Source of the DNA: Octopus sinensis
Taxonomy: Eukaryota
Assembly: GCF_006345805.1 (NCBI RefSeq)
Contig: NC_042997.1
Coordinates: 131,688,001 to 131,752,000 of the forward strand
Length of the DNA stretch: 64,000 nt
Direction of reading: 5' to 3'
Shown here: positions 1 to 13,175 of the stretch, piece by piece
Position numbering within the stretch: position 1 is the first letter of the stretch
Layout of the letters: each line of letters starts with the position of its first letter
Translations under genes and position numbers: made by a program
The notes under the pieces: model-generated
The model's database searches: none
The model's input: only the letters and a program-made list of their open reading frames with translations
What the model was told of the DNA's origin: nothing

Positions 1-1029
1 TTCTCTCATTCAAATGGACTTTTTTTTTATTTTGGTTTGTCTGCCTATCTATCCTCTCCATTTCACGTCTTGCTCTCTATTTCTTTCTCACACACATAAA
101 AATGAAAAAAACACACACATACACAGATATGTATACACTAATATGTGTACATGTGTGGGGTTACATGTTTTTATATGTTTTTTTACTTTCACTTTTGCTA
201 AATCCACATACGTGATGAATATTAAAATGCTTAAGGCAATATTAAGCATTATTACTTAGGTATAGTGTTGTGTGCATATGTATGCATGTAAATATGAATG
301 GGAGAGAGAGAGAAAAAGAGACTAAGAATTTAAGTGTATGTGTATTTGTAGTAAAATGGAATGAAGACTATTATTGGAGCTACCTGAAATGGCAAGATGC
401 CATCCATGGAGATAAAGACTTTCTTGTTCATTTTCTGTTAATATTTATTTAGCTATGGTTGAAGAAATCTAGGACACTTTAATGATGACTTATTTAGGAC
501 AGTTTTGGGTTGCCAATCAGCTTGTTGTGAGTTCAATATTGGCCTAAGGAAAACACTTTCTAGTTTGTAATTTTATTTAGCAGTTTAATATGGTTGTGTA
601 GTTAAGAAGGTAGTTTTTCAACTACATTGTTTTGGTTTCAGTCCCACTCTGCAGCCCTTTGGACAAGTGTCTTCTATCAATGCCTTCTGGGTGTATTTGG
701 TAGAGGGAAACTGTGTGGAAGCCTATCTTGATGCAGTCTTCTGACCCATCGTATCTTGTCATGAAGGCGGCGAGCTGGCAGAATCGTTAGCACGCTGGGC
801 GAAATGCTTAGCAGTATTTCATCTGCTGTTACGTTCTGAGTTCAAATTCCACCGAGGTCGACTTTGCCTTTCATCCTTTTGGGGATGATTAAATAAATAC
901 CAGTTACGTACTGGGGTTGATGTAATCGACTTAATCCCTTTGTCTGTCCTTGTTTGTCCCCTTTATGTTTAGCCCCCTGTGGGCAAAAAAAAAATTATTT
1001 TAAATAAATATCTTGTCAAATCATCCATG

Positions 1030-1850
1030 CTCCATGCAAACTTGTCAAGCCTTCCCCACCCTCTCATTTCTTAGTACCCATCCCTCCATCACTCTTCTAA
1101 CTATTACACTATTCAGCTGCTGTAACTGAGAGTAAAACTACATATTTCACCCTCTTCTGAGCTACTAGTTATTCCTTTCCTTAGAATTAATTCATCTTGG
1201 CATCCATCTCTTGTTCACAGTATCATCCTTTCCACTTTATTTTCCACCAATTACCCTTTCTGTGCAAACAATTATCTCTCTCTTTGCCTTGAACTACATC
1301 TTAGTACTGTCATGTCTCATTCTTAATACCCTCTCATACCTGCCATAACTGCTTCCTCACCTTTGTTAGCCTCCCACTATATCTATCCCTACGTACCTCT
1401 GACCTCCATCTTTGTCACTGCACACTTCTCCCCCTTTCTCTCACTCCCCACTCTTCTTTTATTGCATCTCTGTCTCATGTGTCATCTTATTTCTCATCTA
1501 TCTCCAGTTTTATTATTCTGCTACCTTCTACCCTTTCTAAACTGCCCTTTTATCACTATCTCCTTCTTAAGCCACTTCCATTCTTTTATCACCTTCTTCT
1601 CCAAGCTCATATTCACTTTTGGCCATACCTCCATCCTTATTCACCATTCACTACATTCACCCCTAACTCCATCTCTAACCATCATTAACTCTTCTCTCAC
1701 ATTCTTGAAAACTTATTTTCTCTGCTTTCATAATCCTCCATCCCGCTTCTGTCTTCTACTCATCTTCTTGTACTTTTAGGAAAAACCCTGACACCTTGTT
1801 CCTGCCACTTTTATCTCTATTTCTAGTTACTCCCACCCACCCTTATAGTG
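1030..1850. repeat. Pyrimidine-rich low-complexity tract (similar tracts at about 28050-28650 and 35570-35700, and purine-rich at 10380-10560)
   Basis: Strong C/T strand bias; produces spurious L/S/F/H-rich ORFs. Confidence 0.6.
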
Positions 1851-2200
1851 TCCCCAAAGCCCATCCCCTCCTCCATGGTGGGGACGCTGGCAACAGGTAG
1901 TATCAGAGCTATGCCGTCGGGAACTTTGGTTCCTGGTAGCGCCACCCAAGGTGGATTGGTCTGACAGTGAGTGGTATTAGGGCCACAACCCGGCAGACGG
2001 GGCTCTGGTGAAAATCCTCGGAGTGTCTATTTCGGCAACCGGCAGCTCCTCGGTCATTCTGTCCCTGTGTCTGCGGACAATCTGCGGCAAACAGGATGTC
2101 TCTATATGCAGGATTGTTGGGGACCGCTTGTGAAATCCACATATTCCCACGAAACTTCTTCCATGGTAGAAGAAGCCGACTCAACCCACCCAGGGTGAAT
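1845..2200. mobile_element. Unclassified GC-rich interspersed repeat fragment
   Basis: GC/CpG-rich block; its ORFs have no recognisable domain. Confidence 0.3.
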
Positions 2201-2530
2201 GTCACCACAAGTACAAGTACCCTTATAGAATATGAGGTAGTCACATATCACCTTTATAGCAAGATACCTGTACCAGTCCCTCCATCATACTTAAGCCTCT
2301 TAACATCAGGCATAAAATCACATCCAACCTGTACTACACTCCCACTCAGTTGATGGATCTCTTTTTACCTTGTATGTTATGTGGCAACCTTATAAATGCT
2401 GGGGACATGTAAAAAGGTACCCGATACACTCTTTAAAGTGGGTGGCATTAGTAAGGGTTGCCAAAACATGAATGATAGGTGTTGAATAATGATGATGATG
2501 TCTGTGTATGTATGTGTGTGTGTGCATAGT

Positions 2531-2760
2531 TTAACCCTTGTATTACCGTATTTCTGTTGAGATGTTCTGTATTTCTTTCAATTACTTTAAATATAACAAA
2601 GAATTTTGTAAAAATAACTTCGTTATCGTTCAGCTAGTGTTAGGAACATAAATTGTGACTAAGGTTTGGTGGGAGATTTTAATTCAAAACTTATGAAAAC
2701 AAGACATATGTACTACAGAGCCAGAGCCGGTTTCAGCCGGGTTGGTAACGAAAGGGTTAA
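2531..2760. mobile_element. piggyBac-type MITE with TTAA target-site duplication
   Basis: TTAA-ccctt ... aaggg-TTAA; homologous to 29401-29623 in the opposite orientation. Confidence 0.8.
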
Positions 2761-3468
2761 AGATCCAGTAGAGGTAGAATCAATGTAAAAAGTACTTCAT
2801 CCAGTGAGAGATAACTATCAATTTAAATACACAACCGAAAAAGCTACCAAGAGTTTCATGCTATTATGATACTTGAACAGGCATGTCTATAAAATACGCC
2901 ATGTATCTCTTTCAGGTTGAAACATTGCTTTGGCGTATTTTATAAATATGCCTGTTCAAGTATCATAAAAGCATGAAACTATTAGTAGCTCTTCTGCCGA
3001 GGTTGACTTTGCCTTTCATCCTTTCCGGGTCGATAAATTAAGTACCAGTTGCGTACTGGGGTCGAGTTAATTGACTGGCCCCCTCCCACCAAATTTCAGG
3101 CCTTTTGCCTAGAGTAGAAAAAAAATCTATTTGTAGCTCTTTCAGTTGTGTATTTAAATTTATATATATATATACACACACACACACACATATATGTGTG
3201 TGTGTATATGTGTGAGTGTGTATGTTGTATGTGGTAGTGGTAGCAGCCATTCTTCTAATCAACTGAACTGTTTTCATTAGCTTTTCAAATTACTAAATTA
3301 CTTATGCTATCTATCAGACATGACTCCTGACAGAAATGCCACTGATTTTTAATGATAGCGGATGATTTGGACTCAAAGCAACTAAGGTCATGACAAATAA
3401 CACAAGGCATTCTGTCCATCACTCTTTTGGTTCTGTGAACTAGCTTTTATATATATATATATATATAT

Positions 3469-3660
3469 AAAATATTATTAGAGACAAAACCACTATTTTG
3501 CAAAACAAACAAGGAATGTATTGATTAAGTCTTTCCTTGTTTGTTTTGCAAAATAGTGGTTTTGTCTCTAATAATATTTTATAATATTTTACTATAAAAT
3601 CGATTTAATCCTAAATCTGATTTTTTCCCTGTAAATTTGGATTTATTCCCTAATATTTAT

Positions 3661-3666
<6 letters not shown>
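3469..3666. mobile_element. Second (TA)n-flanked element with a perfect 46 bp inverted repeat
   Basis: aaatattattagagacaaaaccactattttgcaaaacaaacaagga (3469-3514) and its reverse complement (3534-3579). Confidence 0.7.
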
Positions 3667-3717
<51 letters not shown>

Positions 3718-3820
3718 AAGTTAATCCAAACATGAAAACACATAGAGAAAACACAACAACGCTAGGACGTGGAAAAAATATAGTATTATTGGACGCTCAG
3801 GAAGGAAGGGAAGAAGGAGG

Positions 3821-3855
3821 GTTTAACGTTTCGAGCGGAGCTCTTCGTCAGAAAC
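3821..3855 (-). ncRNA. Minimal type I hammerhead motif (mirror arm)
   Basis: Reverse complement gttt-CTGACGA-a-gagc(tcc)gctc-GAAA-cg-TT-aaac; GUU triplet. Confidence 0.65.
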
Positions 3856-3997
3856 ATAGGAAAAGGAAAGATCCAGAGAAGGGAAGACGGAGGGAAAAAA
3901 ATCGCCAACGGTACACACACGGTCACATTACCGCATGTGTACCGTTGGCGATTTTTTTTCCTCTGTTTTCCCTTCTCTGGATCTTTCCTTTTCCTAT

Positions 3998-4032
3998 GTT
4001 TCTGACGAAGAGCTCCGCTCGAAACGTAAAAC
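3998..4032 (+). ncRNA. Minimal type I hammerhead ribozyme motif
   Basis: gttt-CTGACGA-a-gagc(tcc)gctc-GAAA-cg-TA-aaac: full core, 4 bp stem I, 4 bp stem II, GUA cleavage triplet. Confidence 0.75.
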
Positions 4033-4189
4033 CCTCCTTCTTCCTTTCCTTCCTGAGCGTCCAATAATACTATATTTGTTCCACGTCCTCGCGTTGTTGT
4101 GTTTCTCTTTGTGTTTTCATATATATCATCATGGTATCACAGTATCAACCAGGCTATTGGATGTTATACATCGCTGATCACAATGTGCT

Positions 4190-4415
4190 TCACCTTGTTT
4201 TAGCTTTTGAATGATGCCACCCTGTTGGCTAGGTGAGCGGGCCAACATTCACCTCTGATTTGCTGGTTATTTCATCACAGGGTTACCCCATTTACAGCTG
4301 AGTGGACTGGAGCTACAAAACCTGAAATGTTTTGCTCAAAAGCACAATGTGCCATCCAGTCTGGGAATTGAACCCACTATCTAGTGATCATGAGTACAAC
4401 ACTTTAGTCATTAGA
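4190..4415 (-). mobile_element. SINE family D-related, old copy with a fourth 3' module
   Basis: Core cagctgagtggactggagc...ttttgctcaa. Confidence 0.6.
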
Positions 4416-4484
4416 CGATGTACCTTTACACACACACACACACGCACATACACATACACACACACACACATGTATATATAAACA

Positions 4485-4682
4485 TTCGCCATGATAGATC
4501 ACTAGCCACTAAACCTTTTTTTATTTTCTCTCCCTTTTTATTTCTGTGTTCCTTTCTGTCAAAGAGCGTAGGCTCGAAATGTAAAAGACTTTCTCACTTC
4601 CCGAGCGTTAAACTTATACATCTGTTTGTTGTTTACACACCCGTCTTTGTTTTTTGTCTTTTTTGTAAATTCTCACTATATA
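4485..4682 (+). mobile_element. Penelope-type terminal element with degenerate hammerhead, 3' end at a TA/CA microsatellite
   Basis: tttCTGTCAA-a-gagc(gtag)gctc-GAAA-tgTA-aaaga; homologous to 41707-41930. Confidence 0.65.
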
Positions 4683-4892
4683 TAAACACACATACGTACA
4701 CACACGCACACACACACACACACACACATGCACATATATCAATTCAATTTGGGTATGAACCTTGTAGTTTGCTTTATAATGCTCATTCACAGTTATTGAC
4801 TGCCAGGTATAGTTTTACAATGGAAACTGACTATAGTAATGAAGATACATCCAGAAATTTCATGAATAACCATAGAGTAAATTATATTGTGA

Positions 4893-6025
4893 AAACACAC
4901 TTTATTGCTTAATGCTATAAGGTTTCATTTTCACTTTAACTGCAGATACTTACTGAAATATTACTATATAACAAATACATTAAATGTATTATATTGCATC
5001 AGTATTATTTCAACAACTTTGGCATATGAAGACACCCCAGGTATGAATGCAAACTGTTTGCTAAATTAAACCATATTTCACAGAATATATACCTCACTAC
5101 ACTCAAAAATAAAAACAAACACCACTAGATCATTAACCACAGGTACAATTTAACTGGTCATTAACAGGAATTTCCCCATAATCCTGAAACCAACTGATAT
5201 GTAATTGAACTTTTCAGGAATCTTTTGCATTTATTTCACCGAGTTTGGCGCATTTTTATTGTGATACTTAAGGTAGTTTAGAGCCATTTGGCATCTTCTT
5301 TCAGCATGTGGCTAGGCCAGTGTACTTACTTGCTTGCCCTGAATATGAATTTATGCCAGTAAGGTGACGCTAGTAACAACCACCATTTGAGCGTGATCAT
5401 TACCAGCATCGCCTTACTGGCACTTGTGCTGGTGGCACGTGAACAAAATATTCAATCGAGATCATTGCCAGTGCCGCTGGACTGACTCCTGTTCAGATAG
5501 CACGTAAAAAACACCCTTTATGAGCATGGCCGTTGCCAGTACCGCCAGGCTGGCCCTCGTGCCAGTGGCACGTTAAAGCACCCACTACACTCTCATAGTG
5601 GTTTTCCTTAGGAAGGGCATCAAGCTGTAGAAACTCTGCCAGATCAGATTGGAGCCTGGTGCAGCCATCTGGTTTGCCAGTCCTCAGTCAAATCGTCCAA
5701 CCCATACTAGCATGGAAAGCGGATGTTAAACGATGATGATGATGAAATTTATTAATTTTTATCTTAAACTGTACTACTGGATAATGATCTAGTAGAATTC
5801 GTTTTATTTTTTTAAGTTGGTGAGATATATATTTTGTGGAATATGGTTTAATGTAGCAAATACTTTGTGTTCATACCGGGGGAGAGTTTTTATTTACCAG
5901 TGTTGCTGAAATAATACCAATGCAATGTAATAAGTTTAATGTATAACAATACAATAATATTTAGGCAATTTGTTGGTAAAGTGAAGACAAAACAGTTTTA
6001 GTATTATGCAATAGAGTGGGTTTGC
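4893..6025. repeat. Old ~260 bp inverted repeat (4893-5155 / 5765-6025) enclosing a younger SINE
   Basis: Alignable by eye, e.g. tattgcatcagtattatttcaacaac against the reverse complement of gttgctgaaataataccaatgcaatg. Confidence 0.65.
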
Positions 6026-6763
6026 TCAATCCTATCTCTCCTCTTTTTACTTGTTTCAATCATTTGACTGTGGCCATGCTGGAGCACCACCTTTAGTCAA
6101 GCAAATTGACCCCAAGACTTATTCTTTGTAAGCCTTGTACTTATTCTATTGGTCTCTTTTGCTGAACTGCTAAGTTATAGGGGAAATTAAGCACACCACC
6201 ATCGGTTGTCAAGCGATGTTGGGGGGACAAATACAAACACATAAATACACACATACACACATACATATACATATATATGTATATATTTATATACATATAT
6301 ACGATGGGCTTCTTTCAGTTTCCATCTACCAAATCTACTCACAAGGCTTTGGTCGGCCCAAGGCTATAGTAGAAGACACATGCAGTGGGAATGAACCTGG
6401 AACCGTGTGGTTGGTAAGCAAGCTACTTATCACACAGCCACTCCTGTGCCTATAAAGAATTATCCAAAATTCTGACTGCCTCCTTTTTCTTAACATACAA
6501 TATCTGTACATCACTTCAAAAACTCTATACATATATATAATACACACACACACACACACATGCTTATTATAATTTTGGCTAATGTTACGAAATGGGCATG
6601 ATAGTTTTAACAGAATTAGTGGGTCACAAAACATGCTCAAGATATTGTTATATACCTGCTTGATGTCATTAGCCTATTGTTGATATCAAATAGGCTTCAT
6701 TTGAAACTGATCAAAATAACCGCTTCTCCAATATATGAACATACAGTCATGTGTGTATGTATC

Positions 6764-6814
<51 letters not shown>

Positions 6815-9800
6815 TTCATATGGAAAGGGAATAGTAAGAGGTAAGAGAATGAACAATGATAAAAAAAGATTAGAATTTCTGCTAGTAAGTTGTTTTGAAT
6901 CTGTTAGTATTGCTTTACAATTTATAAAGAAAAAAAAATATCAGGAATGAGTCATATGATAGTGAATAAGAACCAGTGTCCAAGAGGAAATACTTGTGAG
7001 ATGTTATTGCTATTATAAGAATGTGAAGAATCAATAATTCTGAGGTTAGCTCTGGTGTTGCAGTTAAAGCAGCTGATGGCTTTCGCTGATGATATCGTTG
7101 GAATTATGTGTTGGATTTTGATAATGCAAACACTGATGTCACACTGCAGTGATTCTTTTTTTTTTTTTTTTTGGTTTTTCGTTATTTTTATAACTATTAT
7201 TGTTATTATTGATGAGATAGTGTTTAGGAAGAAGAGGCAGAAGCAGAATAGACATAGAACAAGCATCATGTGCTAATTTTCAAGTTATGATATATGGTGG
7301 TGGTGGTTCTTCTTCTTCTTCTTCTCCACCTCCTCCGCTGCCACTGCCTCCTCCTCCTCCTCTTCCTCCTTGGCTTTGTCTTTCAGGTTCAATAAAATAA
7401 GTACCAGTTGACTGCTGGGGGTCGATGTAATTGATTTAACTACCCCCTGTAGCAGAAAAGGTTATTATTATTATAGAAGGCAGCAAGATAGTAGAATCAT
7501 TATTGGTATTTCGTCTGTCTCTATGATTTGAGTTCAAATCCTGATTTGAACTCAATGTAATCAACTAGCCTCCTCCCTCAAAATTTCAGGACTTGTGTCT
7601 ATAATAGGCAGGATATTTTTATTATTATTAATGGAGGCCATAGGTGCAGGAGTGGCTGTGTGGTAAGTAGCTTGCTTACTAACCACATAGTTCCGGGTTC
7701 AGTCCCACTGCATGGCACCTTGGGCAAGTGTCTTCTACTATAGCCTCAGGCTGACCAAAGCCTTGTGAGTGGATTTGGTCGACGGAAACTGAAAGAAGCC
7801 CGTCGTATATATGCATATATATGTGTATATGTGTCTGTGTATACGTTTGTGTGTCTGTGTATGTCCCCTGAACATCGCTTGACAACTGATGCTGGTGTGT
7901 TTACTTTCCTGTAACTTAGTGATTCAGCAAAAGAGACCGATAGAATAAGTACTAGGCTTACAAAGAATAAGTCCTGGGGTCATTTTCCTCGACTAAAGGC
8001 GTTGCTCCATCATGGCCACAGTCAAATGACTGAAACAAGTAAAATAGTAAAGAGTGGTGAGCTGGTAGAATTATTAACATGTTGAACAAATGCGCAGCAG
8101 TATTTCTTCTTTTTTGTGTTTTGAGTTCAAATCCTGATGGTGTTAACTTTGCCTTTCATCCCTCTAGGGTTGATAAAATAAGTGCTAACCAAGTACTGGA
8201 AGTTGATGGTACTGACTTTGACCCCTTCCTCCTAAGTTGCTGGTCTTTTGCCAAAATTTGAAACAATGATAAGGTTTTGAACTAGTAGAATCATTAACAC
8301 AGATCAAATTCTTAGCTGCATTTCTTCCTGCTTTTAACTTTCTGGGTTCAAATACCACTGAGGTTAACTTTACCTTTCATCCATTGACAAAGTATAGTTC
8401 TAGGGTTGATGGATTCAACTAATCACTTCCTTTCAAAATTGCCATCCTTGTGCTGAAATGGAAAACAATTATTAAAGTTCAACCCTGCCAGCATGGAAAA
8501 TGGATGTTAAATGATGATGGTGATGGATGGGGAAAGTCATTAGTGCTTTGAAAAAAAAAAAATACCTCGCAATATTTGTTCTAGCACTTTGTTTTGATTT
8601 CAAATCCTGTTGAGATAAGCATAGCCTTTCATTTTTCAGGGTTGATAAAATAAGAATGCGTTAAGTACTTTAATTGATCCAATTAATTAACCCATTAGTC
8701 ATCATCATCATCATTGTCGTTTAATGTCTGCTTTCCATGCTGGCATGGGTTGGATGGCTTGAGTGAGGACTGGTGAGCCAGAAGGCTGTACCAGGCTCAA
8801 TCTGATCTAGCAAAGTTTCTACAGCTGGATGCCCTTCCTAATGCTAGCCACTCCGAGAGTGTAGTGGGTGCTTTTATGTGCCACTTGCACAAGGGCCAGT
8901 CAGGTGGTTCTGGCAACGACCATGCTCAAAAGGTGTTTTTTATGTGCTACCTGCATGGGAGCCAGTCCAGCGGCACTGGCAATGACCATGCTCGAATGGT
9001 GCTTTTTACGTGCCACTGGCATGGGAGGCATGGGCCCTGGCAATGACCACGCTCGTATGTGCTTTTAATGCTCCACTGGCACAAGTGCCAATCAGGTGGT
9101 ACTGTCATTGGCCATGTCAAGATACCGATAGAATAAGTCCTGGGTTCAATTTGCTCAACTAAAGGCAGTGCTACAGCGTGGCCGCAGTCAAATGACAGAA
9201 ACAAGTGAAGAAGTAAAGCGTAAGTTAGAAATAGGAAGCAAATTTCTCAAACCATATCGCACAGTATCCCGAGAAAGGAAGAACATTGTACATTGTGTAT
9301 CAAAATAACAATAAAAGATATGGTAATCCTTATTAGAGGCTGTTGGAGATGTATTGGGACATTGGGACCTGCCTACAGGGTACATTGGTGGTGGTGGTGG
9401 GGCTCTTGCTGGCATATTTTTTTTTCTGTATTTCTGGGCAGAACATTTTGTTCCATACAGTCTCACATTTGTCTACAACACATATCAAATTGACTTGGTT
9501 GATCCTCAGGTCAGTGTCTACCAACTGCATCTTGATCTGCCTTTTCATTGCTTCCAGATGCTGTTTATGACTAAAGATAGTAAGTTTTTTTAATGCTTAC
9601 AAATCCTCTTGGCTACAATCCAAGAAGGGAGCCTCTACATTGTCACTTGAACCTTCAAGAAACAGCTGACAAATTTCCCTCCATTTCACACCCAGGCCAT
9701 CTTCAGCAAAAATTTTCTAACAAAAATAGGGAAGTTTATCATTTATGATCTGCACAACCTAGTCTGACCTGGATTAAACAATAAGACTTTATCTTCATTC

Positions 9801-10736
9801 ATGCAAAACTCAAAAACCAATATTCTGTTGCAGAGGTTGACTCCTTGAACATTTTGTACTGCCTGCATCACTTCATGTAATCATCTACCTACCCAGATCC
9901 AACTAACACATCCTTACTTAAAGCACCCAGTATAATGTTGAACCAACAAAGGAACCCATACATGATCTTTCAGTCTGCTTAAAATGACAGCTGAATCTCC
10001 CTCAAAATTGCACTTCACTGTTTTAAAAAATACAGTACACATTAGATAACATAGTTCTATATACACTCATCATCCTCATTATTTTACTTCCGCCTTTGCA
10101 TACTAGCATGAGTCAGATGAATCTTCATTGTCTGAGTCAGTTCTTAGTTGGTGTTTCCACACTCCTAGATGGGTCAGAGGACCACATTTGCTCATCCATT
10201 CCAATTTTAGCTTGGTGTCTATGTCTGGATGCCCTTCTTATCACCAACCACTTTATGAAGTGTACTGGTTGTGTATTGTCATGGTACCAGCACTTGTGAG
10301 GTTGCTTTGTATCCTGTAAGACTAAAGAGTCCTCACTAATCTATGAAGTGTTTGTTAACTTAAAGCAAGTGATGAAGAAGACTAATGAGAGAGAGAGTGA
10401 TGATAAAACATCAGTCTGAATGAAAGTAGTAAGAGTATGATGGTAGAAACAATAATTGAGATTAAAGAGTGGTAGTGATTGTTGTTAAAGGGTGGCTGAG
10501 AGTGATGGATAGTGATAAAAGTGGGCAAAATAGTAAATGTATGTGATAGGTGTGAAGAACAAGTGTTCATACTTGGAAAACAATGATAGAATATTTCGTT
10601 TTTGTGTTTGGTTTGGAAGATTCTTTATGTGAATTCATGTGTTGAGGCATATTTTATTGTGTCTGGGAAGAGTCATTCTCTTTTAGCGCCTTATTATTTA
10701 ATACACTCACCGATTTGATTTCCACTCATTTACTTA

Positions 10737-10932
10737 CTCTTTTACTTGTTTCAGTCAGTTGACTGTTGCCATGCTGGAGCACCGCCTTTAGTCGAGCAAA
10801 TCAACCCCAGGACTTATTCTATCGGTCTTTTTTGCCGAACTGCTAAGTTACAGGGATGTAAACACATCAGCATCAGCTGTCAACTCCATTAAACAGCAAT
10901 GGAGACAAACAGGCACACAAACACACACACAC

Positions 10933-10969
<37 letters not shown>

Positions 10970-11140
10970 CATATATACGACGGGCTTCTTTCAGTTTCCA
11001 TCTACCAGATCCACTCACAAGGCTTTGGTTGGCCCGAGGCTTTAGTAGAAGACACTTGCCCATGGTGCCATGCAGTGGGACTGAACCCGGAACCATGTGG
11101 TTTGTAAGTAAGCTACTTACCACACTGCCACTGCTATGCC
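10737..11140 (-). mobile_element. SINE family A, ~340 bp upstream of the first GRIP exon
   Basis: Reverse complement is colinear with family A. Confidence 0.88.
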
Positions 11141-11477
11141 TACTTATTTATTTTTTCTAAAATTTTCGTTTCTTCTTGCAACCTGTTCAATAGAACAGAC
11201 ATAGCCAAAATGCTTTTGATCATAGGTTTTGGGCTCAGAGCTGACCTGGGGCTAAATGACATCAATGACAATGATAACTCTAAATGCTCGTTATATACAG
11301 GTGACCTTCCGTCAGCTGAGCATTTTCCTCAGTCTTCAGTGAGAGATTCTGCTACAAGATAAATAATATTCACCAGAAATATTGCTGTTTAATGGAGTAT
11401 GTTATATTTACGTAAACTGTTGTTGTTTTTGATGATGATAGCAAAATTTCAGTTTTTTGTTTGTTTTCTAATTACAG

Positions 11478-11549
11478 AAGAACGAAGAGGGATTGCCATA
11501 GTAGAACTGTATAAAGCAGAAGGATGTACGCTGGGATTAACCATATCGG
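11478..11549 (+). CDS. GRIP1: Internal exon of a GRIP-family multi-PDZ scaffold (start of PDZ1): (E)ERRGIAIVELYKAEGCTLGLTIS(G)
   Basis: Acceptor ttttctaattacAG and donor GTaatt; 72 bp, phase 1 to phase 1. The peptide aligns with recalled human GRIP1 [25 protein letters not shown]. Confidence 0.9.
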
Positions 11550-11779
11550 GTAATTATTTATTTGCTTATGATTTTACTGAGTCACCTTTCTTACTAGCAG
11601 TCACATTTCTTGAAAATTTCAGCTTCTTGATCTTGATATGATATACAAAAAAAAAAAAAATTAATAAAATAAAAAATAAAGATGAGACAGTCATAGTTAA
11701 AATGCTGGTCAGACAATATTTATCATCATCATCACCACCACCACCTTCATTTTTACCACTAATATCATCAGCAGTGGAT

Positions 11780-12625
11780 CATGGACTGGCAACTCAAGCT
11801 GCCTGTGGACAAATGTACCACCATGCATTTTGGGAGGAAAAACCCAGCGTCTACTTATACTAATCTCAAAAAGTCTTTGTGTGAACATGACCTGGGTGTT
11901 ATTGTTGACAGTGATTTGCGTTGGACAAAACACATCGCTAAAATTGCCAAGAAGGCTGAGAGTGTCTTGGCATCACTCACCGAATCCTGTGAGCCACTCT
12001 CCAGCTATCTATCTGTGGCTTTATATAGCTATTGTATGACCTCACCTGGAATTTGCATCACCGGTCTGGAACCCCTATCTTGCCCAGGATATTAATCGTC
12101 TGGAAGCCGTTCAGCGACGTGCAACCAAGAGAATACTCTCCATCAAGCATTTGCCATATTCTTAATGCCTTACTTCCTTGGGCATGGATACATTGAAACT
12201 CCGACATCTGGCAGCTGACTTGGCAGACACCAATAAAATTATTAACCATCTTACTAACAATAACTCTGAGAACCTTTTCAAACTCCATCTGTCTAACACC
12301 CGTAGACATGTTTACAAAGTCAGAAAACAGCACAGCTCCCATTACTTTCAGAAACATTTTTTCACGCTAAGAGTTGCTGAAGCATGGAACAAACTGCCAG
12401 CATCAGTTGTTAATTGTCAGAGCACTGCATCCTTCGAAACTTCCATGCTTCCTGAGATTCACCAACACTACACCTGATTTTCTCCCCTCCATACACACGC
12501 AAGCATGTATCTGACACTGTTCACTTTCCAGACATTTGTACATTACTGCATATACTTTATGCGCACTTTCTGACAAGTTGTGGTGCACCTGAGCTCTGTA
12601 TACAATAATTTCATTATTATTATTT
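11780..12625 (+). mobile_element. 5'-truncated CR1-group LINE (RT C-terminus, 3' UTR, (ATT)n tail)
   Basis: Peptides DLGVIVDSDLRW, PHLEFASPVWNP, LEAVQRRATK, HFFTLRVAEAWNKLP; ends in cattattattatt. Confidence 0.85.
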
Positions 12626-13116
12626 TATCACTGCCTCTAATTATCATCATTGTCATCACCACCACCACCACTACTACTATTATAGTGGCAAGCTGGCAGA
12701 ATCATTACCATGCTGGATAAAATGCTTCACAGCATTTCTTCTAGCTTCACATTCTGAGTTCAAATTCCTCCAAAGCTGACTTTGCTTTTCATCCTTCCAG
12801 AGTCAATAAATTAAGTACCAGTTGAACATTGGGATCGATGTAATCACCTAACCTCCTCCTCCAAAATATCAGGCCTTATGCCTATAATAGAAAGAATTAT
12901 TATTGTTATTATTGTTATTATTAAGGTGGTGAGCTGGCAGAATCATTCGCATGCCAGATTTACATTCTGAGTTCAAATTCCATTGAGGTTGACATTGTCT
13001 TTTAGCCTTCTGGGGTTGATAAAATAAGTACAAGTTAAGTACTGGGTTTGATGTAATTGTTCCCCCACCTCAAAATTATTGGCTGTGTGCCAATATTATT
13101 ATTGTTATTATTATTA

Positions 13117-13175
<59 letters not shown>

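Larger units (their letters stand above)
3718..4126. mobile_element. Palindromic Penelope-type short element: two ~190 bp inverted arms, each with a minimal hammerhead motif, flanked by (TA)n
   Basis: Arms 3732-3917 and 3936-4120 are near-perfect reverse complements. Confidence 0.8.

Noticed and set aside
1363-1779. 138 aa hydrophobic ORF (also 28283-28641) as a membrane protein
   Set aside because: It arises from pyrimidine-rich low-complexity sequence and has no domain or splice support.
3732-4067. Overlapping antisense ORFs of 111 and 92 aa with near-identical sequence
   Set aside because: They are a consequence of the palindrome, not protein-coding genes.
9245-9325. Possible upstream GRIP exon ending at a GTaatc donor
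   Set aside because: The frame is open but shows no similarity to GRIP N-termini, and the acceptor is weak.
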